Positions 1 through 13,158 of a stretch of DNA of 64,000 nt are shown here, one piece after another. Each line of letters starts with the position of its first letter. Position 1 is the first letter of the stretch. Source of the DNA: Chrysomallon squamiferum (taxonomy: Eukaryota > Animalia > Mollusca); the NCBI GenBank assembly GCA_012295275.1, contig CM022673.1:19530001-19594000 (forward strand), written 5' to 3'. The translations under genes and the position numbers were made by a program. Under the pieces are notes generated by a model that saw only the letters and a program-made list of their open reading frames with translations, did not search any database and had not been told where the DNA came from.

Positions 1-414
1 GGATTATCTGGCTGGCTAATAGAGATACCAGTAATAACAAATGAACAAATATTCTTACATATTTATATTTAAATATTACAATGAAATATATTATTACAGA
101 AGAGTGAATTTATTCAATGTATGCCAGTTTTTACATAAATTATCTGTTTACCTCCTACTTCATTCAATACTACCCATTCAATACATGCTAGTTTACACTA
201 CTCATGTATTTTACCATGTTTTCAAAAACACACACACACACACACAGACATACAAAGAGAGAGAGAGAGTTGATTATTTTCTTGTTGATATGCATCCAAA
301 TATATTTGTTTCTGATATTTAAAAAATATTGACAGGTTATTACTTGAGTTTCTAATTAAAGTAGGGATATTCTTTGCAGTGGTTATATAACTTAGCATGA
401 TGACTATTTATTAC

Positions 415-3400
415 CTGGTCCATTATATGGATCAACATAGGCCAAATAAATGCAGCAGTTTTGCCACTGCCTGTTTTAGCAATACCAATAATATCTCTTC
501 CAGAGAGACCAACAGGAACAGCCTTAAAATAGATCAAATTAGCCTTAGAAAATCTGAAAACTTTTCAAAAAACCAAAAACAAAATAAGATAAATAAGAAA
601 AAGAAAAATACAGAAAAGAAACACAAAGAAGAATATTTATATTTATTATTACAATGTAAGAATCTATTGGATTTCTTTATTTATTTTTATTAAACCACTG
701 CCAAACTATATACTTTACAAAAACAAAACTATGTAATGGAATGAGTAAATATTTTAAGCATACTGCAGTAATACTTTGATTAGCATTCATTCCAGGTCTT
801 TCTGCAAAATATTTGTTAACTTCTAGTTTAATGGATGGAAAACAATCCAAAATATATGAATCAAGAACAGAAAGATATCAATACAACTATAAGGTTAATG
901 AAATCATTTTCCATACCTGAGCTTGGATTGGTGTTGGCTGAATGTAATCTGATTTTCTAATTGCACCAATCAAAGCTTCATCAAAACCAAAATGTCCAAA
1001 ACTGCTCACTGGTTTTGGTGGATCTACTCCAGATACCTGAAAAAGTTATGTTAAAATTCAAGATTATTATTTACTTCATAATTATTATTTTGTTTTGTTT
1101 GTTTATTTGCATGTATGCTAATTAGAGATCGTTCACTTATATGCTACTTTACTGATTATCCAAACAAGAGATGACTTGTTTCAGAAAAATGGTATTTATG
1201 TCACCCCCCAAAAAAAAATTGTTCTTACTATTAAATGATAATAAATCTTTTTTTCTAATGCTAAAGAATCATTTTTCTGTCTTAACATAAATATGACCAT
1301 ACAGTTGTATTAGATATCAGTTGTTATTTGCATCTTTTTAATGTATATATGTTAACGTCCATGACTAATTAACAACTGTTGTTGACAAAACCGCAAGATC
1401 TCCAGTCCCTTACCAGCTGTAAGTTACAGATCCAATTTCAGCATAATTAGTGACATAACCTGATGCATAAATAAACAGCACCACAAATCAATAAAGCCAT
1501 GTAGAACTTTAGGTTATAAAACTTATTGAAATAAATAAACTGCTAATATTTACACAACAAAGATAGAGTGAAAATGAATTTCAAAAACTGAAAATGAAAA
1601 TTTAAACTGTTCCATCTTCTCTATAAACATATGAATCAGGTTAAAAATAAATGTTAAAATGATACCTTAATTCCCAATGTTCGCCTGAGTTCATCAATCT
1701 GTTCATTTGTAAGTTGGGCTACTTCTGGATGCTCATTGTAGAAATTCCTCTCAAAAAACTCATAGTCAATTTCTGAATGTTCCACTGGTGCCAATGGTTC
1801 AATAATCTACACATAAAATAACTAATTAGTTTGGTATATGTTGTAAGATGAGTGATTTGTTTAAGTAGTAATACCTTAGTTAAACCCTTGTTTAACTGTT
1901 TACAAAAGAATGGCATTAAATATATGTCTTATTACATATCTGAATTATAACATATATGTAATTGTAAAAAGGCATACTTGGGTGTTCAGATGGCTATCTA
2001 CCCAAACTCTGTGAATGTGCTTTATATTGTTCAAAATATTTTAGTATCACTGATATTTTTGCCACTATAATCAAACTGTCACAGCAAATAGGCCTGGGAA
2101 AACAAACCACTTCATGAATTAACTGCTACTGCTAAAGAGAATTAACTGCTACTGCTGAAGTTAACTAATGATTCTTAGCCACTTAATGTACCAGTTTTGA
2201 TTATGATGCAGGGTAAGCCACTCATTGATGTTTTGAAGGTTCTCTTATATTGTTTGTTTTAATCTGATTTTTTGTGATACAGTCTAAATAATATTTCAGT
2301 GCGGTAAGTAAAATAATTAAGAATTTTTTTTAAAAGAACACGCTACCTGAATCTCATCAGTGGATAATTTAAACTTTGCTTCCTTCACATAGAACAAATA
2401 CAGTTGCTTTTGGAGTAACACATAATACTTTCATTTATTTATTAAAAAATGTATGAATATTTTTACACTGGAAACAATGACCCATAGTTTATAAGGTTGA
2501 ATGCATCTACAGTTACTAACATTCATAGGGATTCTGTATTTTGTAAAAATAAATTTAAAAAAGGAGACACACACAAGCACACACACACCACTTACATTTT
2601 TATTTCAAGAATTTAGTTTTTTTAAAAGTAGGACTCCATTAATTATGTAATGTAAATGAGAAAATGAATTACCTTTTTATCTTTGATGATAGGATTTCCA
2701 TCACTGTCATAATCAACATCATCTTCTTCATCAGGAATAACACCAGCCATTGGGTTCTCTTCCATATAGCGGAAATATGATTCTTGAATGTCTTCTTCAT
2801 CAATATCGTTTCGAGAACCTCTGTAATAAAATAATTACATCATTCCAGTATTTTTCACTAAAGCACAAATGAAAATACATTGAAATGTTTTGTTACTGTT
2901 TTTTTTTTTTTTGCTCTTGAAATTCCAAAACTGAAGATACCTGAATGCTCTAAAAAAGAAAAATGTAAAAAAACATTTTCAAAGGATCCAAAGCATTAAA
3001 AAAAAAGAAATCAAAATTGAAGTTTTATGTTATTAAATTGTTCAGTGTTCTCCAGGATTTATCCCAAATAAAATTACAGATAATTTTAAAACCGTTCTTT
3101 TCTTTTTTGCTTAGGAACAAAATTCTTCTCTTCACTGAAAGAATGAAGCAAATGTTTTATTTAATCACACTCTAAACATATTTTATTTTGATTACATCAA
3201 GATGGACCACTCAAACAGCAAGAGAGAAAGCCCACTGTCACTGATACTTGGCTATGTTTTCTGATTAGCTGCAATGTGTCTTTGACATACATCACCCCAT
3301 TGACAGGGTAGTACATACCCTGATGTGTGGGTGGATGGACATTAGAGACTTTATTTAACATAATTTTAAATACAGTCAAACCTGTATATAGCAGCCACCC

Positions 3401-6400
3401 ATTATATAATCTCATGATTTAATAAATATTTTTAGCCTCTGTAACAACTGTCAAAGAGAAGTACAAATGTCTTTGCAAGAAATCTTTTTATTTTAAGAAA
3501 ATTTCCATGCTAGTAAATAACAACAATACAGAAAAGGTTTTTGTTAACTTGAAACAAAAAATTGTGATTTTTACTGTATTCCTTCTTCTACCTGCATTAA
3601 AGACATCTATTTAAAACTGAGTTCTTTGAAAATTAAGGACACCAAAACAATTTTTTGATAAACTGATTATCTATTCTAATGTTGAAACTGTATGATTTTT
3701 CAGTGTTTTTAATTTTAATTCAGCTTTTTATTTCATTTCATGTCACCAGTAATCCAGCAGTAGAGTTTGATTATTTAGTAGCAAAGTAACAGGTTGATAT
3801 TTAAACAATTCTTAACTGCATTCAGTGCAACAACTGAAATCCTGATGAATTACATCATCATGTCAAAGTAGATACTGTGTATGTGTGTTTTTCAATTACA
3901 ATCAGCAGAAATATTTAAACTTTAAATGTTGAAATGCTGTGATATTATAGCAGGTTCAATCAACTGTTTTCAATGAGAAAAACTGGCTGCTGCTTGTTAT
4001 AGACAGGTTACCATTCTGTACAGGTCATATAAAGAAGGAAATGCTTTGGGATCCACAGTGAACAGGTGGTCATTAGACTAGTTTCAGTTGTATTTATTAT
4101 AGTACCTATTTTTTACAAAATAATATTTAAATCCATCCATGTTCGCAGAAGAAAAAATACAAACTCTCCTGAGAATGGAAAATTATGTTTACTGGATAGA
4201 TATTAACATAAATTTTCCATTCTTAGATCTCAGTTTTACTGAACATAATAAACAAGCAAAAACATTATTCTTTATTGCAAATCACAGCAATGATGAACAA
4301 AAGAAACCCATCAAACGTAACAGTGGAAATACTTTGTCAATGCAGTTACATCATTTTGGAGAAACATTTCAATATAGAAAAATGAAGTTTTTCTTTATTC
4401 AAATTTAATGTTGCATTTTATTTATTAGTTTACTTTTTATGTGCTTTTTTTTTTGTTGTTGTTGTTTCAGCTGGTATTGTTTCAGCTGGTATTAACACAA
4501 GAAGTAATGGATACTGTTTTAAAAGTTTTAATTAGGTTTGACTATTTTTGAGTTATTTATTTTACTTACTTTTCTTGTTCAGGTTTCTTCTCATCAAATG
4601 TCTGTTCTACTGCTATTTCTTTCTGAAGTAAAAAATATTAAATTATGGATGAACTCTATTCAACATATCTCTCCTAATGTCTAAATGTGACTGAGAAAAT
4701 AATAAAATGGTTTAAATATAATGTCCTTAATTCTTAAAGTGGGACATTCATAATTAATCAGACAAGACATTTATTATTTTACTATGTATATACTTTTAAA
4801 CAACCTGTCAAATATGCCATCTGGACTATTAAGTGAAGATACCCAAGTCAATGCAAATTAATCTGGAGATGATGGAGAAATGCTATGTAAATGATTACAG
4901 AATATATGAAACTGTTTTCAGTTACTTTCATATAATATTAACATGATGACACTACAGATATAAATCTAATATAAATCTTTCTTAACTTTATATATATATA
5001 TAATTTCTCCAACTCTCAACTTCCATATACAATCATGTGTCAACATGTATGTTTCTGATTTAATGTTATTTGTCTGCTGGTACATTATTAATATTGCCAC
5101 TGTAATACGTGATTTAATATTAACAATATTCTCTACAAATTACAAGGAAATGCCATTGCTATTTATGAAATTCAGAGACAATATTTATCAGCTTGCCAAC
5201 ATGTTTATATAGCTAAATGTCAATCATACAAGGCTGGAATGTGTAAAATATAATGTATGAAAGATAACTTTTTTCAATAAAATAATATGGTATTTATTTT
5301 AAGTGCATATTGGTATTTCAATTTTAATACCAGTTTCAAATATTCAGATTCATATTTCAAGATTTTCAAAAATATTTTTATTATGAAAATTTATATAAAT
5401 GGAAACTGTTACAAATATTTACACAGAGATGTCTGTGAACAGCTAAAAAGACTTAATTCAAAAATAAATAGTTATGTCATTAGAAAAAGGGCAGATAATG
5501 TTAAATGCCGCTAATAAACTTACCAAAATATTTATAATTTCCACATCTATTGAAAAAACAAATATAATTATGTGTGTGCATGTGTGTGTGCGTATGTGTG
5601 TGTGTGTGTTTTGTGACTAAATTTTAGTAATCATATATATATACACACATATACACATACACTAAAAGTTAATCAGGACTGTTAAGTAAGTTGTTATTAA
5701 TAATTCACATTCATATCAGCTGCCATATCAGATGAAGAGGTATATCTATATTTTAAATAAAAAAATTATATTAATTAAAATTAATTATATTAAATAACAA
5801 TGACTCTGAATATTCTTGATACCTGTAAATTGTTCATAAATGCATCCAGTTCATCTTCACTGTCTTCATTTTCTTGTTTTTTCAGTTTTTCAGTTCCTGG
5901 ACTTCCTGGTGCTGGTAGATATTCAATCCCAGCATTTTCATCCTCATCCTCATCAAAATATCTATATTAGTAAATATACAGTAAATAGCTATTAAAATAG
6001 CACACACACATACACATCTTTATAAATGTCATTTACATTACTCTTCGAGTCATTCATTCCCTTTAATAGGCCTTAAGCATTTAATAATTACTGTATCCAA
6101 TTGCTGTAAATTCATATCCAGAAGAAGAAAATGCACATTTTTAAATTCATGATTGGCAAAATTACTAAAGAAAATAGTAGATGACCAAATGATTTTATCT
6201 GCTAATGAAATGTTTATAGATGATTACTAAAAACTTCAAAAGTAATCCAAGTATTTTTATTGTTATTTCTGAGCAGCACATACACCTAGATTAACTTCAC
6301 TTCTCAAAAAAAAATCACCTAAGATCGATTACAAATATTAACTAGCCTACATAAGTGAATATTTAAATGCGAGTGAATGAACTATATACATTCATGTTTC

Positions 6401-9400
6401 ATGTTATTAAGCAAAAGATGGTTGAATCTTATTTGAAATTCAGCACAGAATTTTTTATTATTATTATTTTTTTTCCCAATCTTTCTGCGTCTGACTCCAT
6501 ATCTGAATTTTTCCATATATTTCCTGGGCACACTGTATGCAACAAAAAATAATTGGAAAAAAATATCATAATTTAATATAGTCTTTGCATAGTATTAAAT
6601 TTTGGAAAAGGAGCAGCTGTCTGCAGCAACAGAAAATTTGTTCAGCAAAGATTTTCTTAGTACAAGTTTTGTCTGGCAAGGGTTCCATCTTATACTGGTG
6701 TTAAGTGTGTGAACTGCAATTACAAAATATTCCTTTTTTTTTGTTTTGATTTGTTGTTGTTGTTGTTATTATCATTATTATTATGATTATTATTATTATT
6801 GCTAAAATTATACACCTATCCTATAGATTTAACTCTCCAACTTCCCTCTCTCAGATATTTCTACAACTTTCTAACAATAAATAACAATTATCTATCAATT
6901 AACCAAGATCAACAGAGTAATTCTCTTATAAAACCTTAAAAAATTATGTTGCAATTTGAATAAAATAAAAATAAACAGTAATAACAAACAATAATAAAAT
7001 ACATTAACAAGAGTAGGAATAAACCTGGAAGAAAAAAAAATCACTTGTAAAAACTGAGTATGTCTTTTAAAAACAAACAGTAATAAGAAAATCAAATATA
7101 ATGAACGAATAATTCCTGCTAAAGCTTAAAGATCTAAGAAAAACAGATTTCAATATTTCTGATCCATTTAATTAAGCAATGTCTTAGTTTGATTTAGACA
7201 ATAATGATTAACAGGGATTTAAAAACAAGAAAATTAATAAGCAATTGATAAGAAACAAGGGAAAGTTCTGTCAAATGAATTGAAGGAGGAAATAATCCAA
7301 TTTTATGTAAGTGACGAGAACAGTAGAATGTGTCCGGGAATAAAGGATACAGTGAGCATTTGAAAAGATGGTGAGAAGGTTAAGCATCAGAAAAACCTAG
7401 TTCTCTCAAATTTATGTGAACTTTATGCATACATGTAGGCCTACAATGTCTTACTCGATGATCAAGAAAGATGGTGATTCCTAGCATCCAGAATTGATCA
7501 TACAGGTTTTAGTTAATCAGATGTTAATGGCTGAAAAGGTGTTATTTTCATGTATGTGCATTTTTTAAATCTATATTGTGGCTAAACAAAAAAATATTAC
7601 ACCCAGGAAACTTTTATATGTTTTAGTTAACATGTGGGAGATTAAATTTCAATAAAGGTCATCTCAAGGTCACGTGATCCACACGGTCATAGCAAAGGTC
7701 AAAAGGTCAATGTACCCCAATATTTTCCAAACTGAACAAAAATGGCAGATTTGGAATCCTTGTCATATTGCCTTTTTAACAATACCAATTTTATGAAGAT
7801 TGGCCCAGTAATTGCTGAGATATGAGGGTTCAAATGTTGGTGCTGTGGGATCCCAGTCAACAAGTATACCAAGTTTTATAAAAATCTGAGACGGTTGGGT
7901 TTAAATTTCTTTCTTTTTTTGGGTGATTTGACATGGAATGACCCTATAACACTATAATTAAACTTCCTATTTTTAATTTGATATGATTACCATTTGTGTG
8001 TGTTAGCAGCTATCATTACCATCACTGTTTTAGTCAATTTACCTCATGTTATAATAAGAATTTAAATATATATTTATATACATATATTTTTAAAAGACAT
8101 CAAATTTTCATAAGCAAACATGAATAAAGTTACGAACAACCAGCATTAAAAATGTCTATTTCTTGAGATGTATCCAGTTGGCACAGAAAGTATATTGTAA
8201 AATTCAAATATTATTTTATATCACTTAGAAATCCTTATTGTCTATTGTCAAATGTTTTTGTTTTCTTAAAAATAAGTAAGTAAAATATAACAGTAACAAT
8301 AAAGATTAACATATACAGTGAGTGGTGCCGTGACTTACAAGTTTAATCCGTTCCAGCCCCTCAAAGACGCCTATATATTTATTTTTTTTGTAACGTGTTT
8401 TTACATAATATAAATGTATTTTTAAATGACAAATATTGTAAAAAAAGAACAAAATAAAAGAGAATGTAAAGCAATAAATTGGATTTCTAAAGTGTATTTA
8501 TCTTGGAGATCAGTTATTATTTAGCACCTGAAGTTACAGCCTTTATCGACTCCTTCTGCTTCAGTATGGTTGTACTGTTTAACTTGTACTGTTTAACCAA
8601 ATCGACTACATGCACATCTCGCTCATGTTTTTCTGTTGTTTAATGCTTTAATTCAATAGTCATCATCTGATTCTTCTTAACAGCACTGTCCCTTGCATGT
8701 ACTTTCTTACGATTCATGATCAGAAAAAAGAAATTTGGCAAAATACTGCACAAAACATGAACACAACACAACAGAGATGCTTCTGCGGCGAGGTGATCAT
8801 GTGAAGTAAACAAGCAAAGCATGGGATGCTGGCTGGATGTTGTGTTGTCTGTTCTGCCAACTAACAGAGACATATCTGAAGCTTGCTTGTAACTCTGATT
8901 TTGGCTCGCAACTCTGTTTGCTGCAGAGTAAGTGTTCACCCCAAAATCTGCAGTTTCTAAACTGAATGAATTAATGATTAGCATTTTTTCTTACTTCATA
9001 TACATTTATCAGTCATTCAACCAAATATCCTTACAATTCTAAATTATATTATGCATTTTATTTCTGATTTACCCCAATCACTGAGATTAATAAAACAAAA
9101 AACAACAAATTAAAAATAATGTTTAGTCTTTAGTATAATTATGCAAATGTGGCTACAGGCATAATTGTACAAAAATTTGTTATACACTCACTCCTCTTCA
9201 CTTCTTACTCGTTTTTTCCCAATGCTGTTTGAGTAAGTATGACCAAATGTTGCTCTGCTTTGAAACAAAGAAGCAGCGTTTCCAGCCATACCTGGAACCC
9301 CAGCAAAACCTGTTGGGGTTTTAAGTTGAGGTTCATCAGGCTTTTTGCTAAGTGCAAACCCCTCAAAACCAAATCCTTTGGGTTTCCCATCTCCACCTTT

Positions 9401-9409
9401 GTGAAACAT
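415..9409 (-). CDS. DDX42: ATP-dependent RNA helicase DDX42 (5' part; gene continues beyond left edge)
   Basis: Coding exons with GT-AG sites and consistent phases: 9409-9192, 5961-5823, 4622-4570, 2820-2673, 1806-1666, 1036-917, 522-415. A non-coding exon donor lies at 10853. Translation gives the N-terminal [25 protein letters not shown] and YFRYMEENP segments typical of DDX42, then the Q-motif ([32 protein letters not shown]) and motif I ([22 protein letters not shown]). Confidence 0.93.
3199..3330 (-). mobile_element. Nin/Deu-domain SINE fragment
   Basis: Minus strand reads GGTATGTACTACCCTGTC...GTATGTCAAAGACACATTGCAGCTAATCAGAAAACATAGCC...GTGACAGTGGGCTTTCTCTC, matching the remembered central Nin domain of molluscan SINEs. 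A more degenerate plus-strand copy is at ~17190-17290. Confidence 0.55.
3373..4090. mobile_element. Degenerate Tc1/mariner-pogo-type non-autonomous element
   Basis: Left end TA|CAGTCAAACCTGTATATAGCAGCCAC. Right end ...AGACAGGTTACC...CAGGTGGTCATTAGACTAGTTTCAGTTG|TA is a degenerate inverted repeat with TA flanks. Confidence 0.4.
7230..7944 (+). mobile_element. Sola2-like DNA transposon remnant (transposase fragment plus right TIR)
   Basis: ~7250-7432 translates [60 protein letters not shown], the FY..D..SR..PG.KD.V pattern of Sola2-type transposases. It ends in TIR GGGTGATTTGACATGGAATGACCC at 7944. Sequence from ~7407 onward is shared with the copy at 24711; the 3' part is also shared with the copy at 42872. 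Confidence 0.7.
8316..8915 (-). mobile_element. Tigger/pogo transposon remnant with CENP-B-like HTH fragment
   Basis: Terminus TA|CAGTG..GGTGCCGTGACTTACAAGTTTAATCCGTTCC. Minus strand ~8716-8525 translates [56 protein letters not shown], the N-terminal HTH of Tigger transposases with an internal stop. Confidence 0.7.
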
Positions 9410-11062
9410 GGCCTCCAAAAATAATAAGAATCTAAAATCAGAGAAAAGGTTTTGTTTACTGATTCAGTTTCCTCCAGATAATTGTTTTTATCTAATTATA
9501 TCAAGTATTTAATATTATTTCAAAGATTGATATTTTTAATATATTTAAACTAACACCAAAACATATAGGTAAAATATAATGTATAATGTCCCTTCTAGCA
9601 AGAAATTTTAAGTTAAAATATAGTCAGAAACTTTGTCAGCAGAGTTTTTACTGAATATTTTTCTATTAATTAAATATTTTTGTTTTTTCTTATTCTTAGT
9701 TCAGTTTTTGTGATCATTTCACATGCCAGCAATTCAAATAAAATGTTCGTTTTTAAAAATCCTTGTAACTGTATTAAAATATAGAAGAAAATGAACTAAA
9801 AATGTCAGCAGATATAATTTAAAAAAAAAAAAAAAAAAAAGTCAATGGGATCCACTGGCATTTTTTTGTTTACAAATGAGGACAACATTTCATTTTCACC
9901 AGAAGAAGAGCACAAACAGGCAAAACCATTTTATTTCATCCGTGTTCATTATTACAAGAAAAAACAGGTTTATCTGACAGACTGGCATGGCACAGGGTAT
10001 AAAAACTTATTTTACTTGTGTTTTCATAAATTAATTACCTGAAAAGTTTTCTTCACAATGTACAATTAGTTATCATTTATAACATTTGGATGGTGGAAAA
10101 TTTGAAATAAAAAAAGATAATCAGCAAAATATTTTTTATATGCTTACATTTTTTTACCTGTTAAAAAATATGATTTTAACTGATTAGTTTTGCAAATATT
10201 AAAATATTGTCCATAAGGCAAGTCATTTCATTTCATTTTATGAAGTAACCTAATTAAATAATTCATTTATTAATAACATATAACTAAAATAAGATTTAAT
10301 CTGAGGATAGTATTTATACGGTATGCCTATGCCGTTATCACTGGGTTATGGCTATGGCAAAATCTCCAATAGTGGCAATACTATTCTACAAGAAGGTTTT
10401 GGACAAGTCATCTAGTTTATCCAGTCAAATTTGTTAATAATATATAATAATATATAATTTCTATGTAAAATAAGACATTATCATGATTATGAGTATGATT
10501 ATTGTTATTACTTGATAGCATTTTAGGCCTATATTATGGTATGCCTTTATGCTGATTAAGTTTGTGTTTTGCATTTGCAATTGAAGAACAACAAATCGCT
10601 GCAAAACACTGATTAAACCTCTGCTGACAGTGACAAAGTTTAAATGTAAATTGCAAGATTAACATATCTGATATCATTTTTACATTTACTGTAACTACAT
10701 ACGTATGTAAATTAACCCTCATAAATCACATGTTAAATAATGATTTAAAAACATCAGGTACAATCCTCTTCTAATTTGCAGTAACAAAGGAATGAATCGG
10801 TACATATTCTTTTTCTTCTATAACAACATATATTTCCGACAAAGCATCTTACCTTCGAATCCTTTTTACCGACAGATATTTCTAAAAAAAAAAAACTGCT
10901 TTTTTTTTTTTTTTTTGTAATACCAAACAAAGTCATCAACATTAAAAGAGAACTCGCAAAAGTTAGCGAACAATTCCAGCTATTGTAAAACCAGCGAACT
11001 ATTAATTACAGCTAAAGGTTTATCGTTCCTCGTGTCTTTCCACATATTCTGTACAAATAGAT

Positions 11063-11376
11063 CATAGATTTTCAACCTGGGTGTCGTGACCCACCAGGGG
11101 TGTCGCCAACCTTTTTTTCGGGTGGTCGTGAGATCGTTCTTGAGCGAGAGTATATTTTAGCTTTTTTCAACTGGTCTTGGAAGGAGGAATAAATGAAAAC
11201 GTGTAGATAGGTTAGGGACCCGTCATACTCATAGTGAATATAGATTCCTTTTGTACTGTCTTTGATGAAAATATGGAAACCCTAGATATTATTGAATCAA
11301 AATTTTTAAAAGGGATCATCGGTCATATTGTGTTGCTCATAAGGGGTCACGGTATGGAAAAGATTGAAAACTAGTG
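11063..11376. mobile_element. hAT (Charlie-like) MITE in the DDX42 upstream region
   Basis: Ends CATAGATTTTCAACCTGGGTGTCGTGACCC ... GGGGTCACGG..AAAAGATTGAAAACTAGTG form an imperfect TIR with GGGTCGCG-like subterminal motifs. TSD is degenerate. Confidence 0.6.
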
Positions 11377-11745
11377 CTCTAAATGATGACCGTAACTTCG
11401 TCAAAAAAAATCTGATTTGATTGAAAATTTAAAAAGTGCAGCGAAAACAGTTCGAGTGTTTTCTTGCCATTCTGTTTTGATTAATTATTGTTAATTACAT
11501 TATGTGCGGAATAGATGAATAAAAACAATACGCAGGTCAAAAACAGACCAGACGACAAGGAAATGCAGCACAGTGAAATTTTCAGATATTGTAGATGAAT
11601 CATAATTTATTTTGAGAGAGAAAAAAGACAATTTTAACTTAAAATATATTTACTTTTGCGTATTATAGCAGATATGTTAATCATTATTAATATACTTCAT
11701 TTATTTTCGCATTTACTCTTTCTACCATCTTCCTTCTGACATAAA

Positions 11746-13103
11746 ATGGATGCATGTGGAAACAGTAGCAGTATGTTTCTGCTGATAATGATGCTACTCC
11801 TATGGATATGACTACTACTGGTGTTACTTTACAATTTAATTAATTTTCTACAGCAGCTACTACTTCCACATGTACAAATACTAATAATAACACAATATAA
11901 CAGTTATAACAAATTATGCAGGCTAATCTCTTACCTCAAATATTTTATAGTTTATATAATAATAATAATAAAAACTATCTACATTTACAAAACCATTGCT
12001 TGGTAAATATCATCAACAAATAATTAAACTCCATTTTTTTTTTTTTTTTTTATTGATATCTTTTGAAATCTTATGAGAATACATTCTGTCATCTTTTACT
12101 GTTTTACTTGTTTTATATTTGCAGATTTTGCCAGGATTGATTTTGCTTTCATTGTGTAAGTTAATAAAGTGGACAAAATCAGCTGACATTTACATGTTCT
12201 CCAACATGGAGGTGGTGGGAATGGTGTTCCTAAAAAAGTGGAAACATCATCAAATTTCTTAGGTATGTCAAAGATACAGAACAAAAGAAACACTCTTTTC
12301 AATGATCCCACTCTAAATGATGTTGGACCAAAAATCTCAGTTTCAGGAGATGAAATTGTTAACCATGCACTGGATGAACACATTAACAAAACCTGAAAGG
12401 CCTCAGATGATCCCAACTGTGGAAAGTGGGACAAAAAGGAAATTATTTCAGATTATAATATGTGTTGTCCTCTTACAAACATATTATCAGATTATCTTAT
12501 GGATAGTTCTTATTGTAACTCTACTGAGGAATTCATGCATGTATAGTGAGCCAGACAAAGTAAAACCTGAAATCAATGATCCTTACATGGAAGAAACCAT
12601 CCTGGATAATCTCTTTAGTGTCTGTGCTTTGGAAAATACTGGTTATGTGGTAGTATCAACTCTTGTTGAATATGTCCAATACAGTGTAATTAATAACCAG
12701 CTTGAAGTAAGTGTTTATTAAATCAACAAATATAATTCTGTACGTTATCAGACCAATTGATTTAATATTTTGTTAAGATGCTGTAAACTATCTTTTTACA
12801 ATGTAAATACACTGTCCTTGTTATCAGTATTGTTATTTAAGTCTTTTACACATATTTCCTTTCCTAATACATTAATTTTTGTTGCTACTTAACTTTCATC
12901 CTGAATATCTCATCAGACTGATGAACATGCTGGATACAAAAGGTGTTGATCCTTTTGTTAAGAACATTAAAACAAGGAAAAGTATATATATAGATATGAA
13001 AAATATCTAGAGATGTTAACTTAGATTATATCTAACTTCATTTATCCACAATTCAGTTTTCAGCCTCTGAAATAAATTGTTAATTTAATTACCAACAGAA
13101 AAC

Positions 13104-13158
<55 letters not shown>

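Noticed and set aside
12125-12706. Stop-codon reassignment or readthrough as an explanation for in-frame stops
   Set aside because: Frameshifts are also present, and neighbouring intact genes use TAA and TGA as normal stops.
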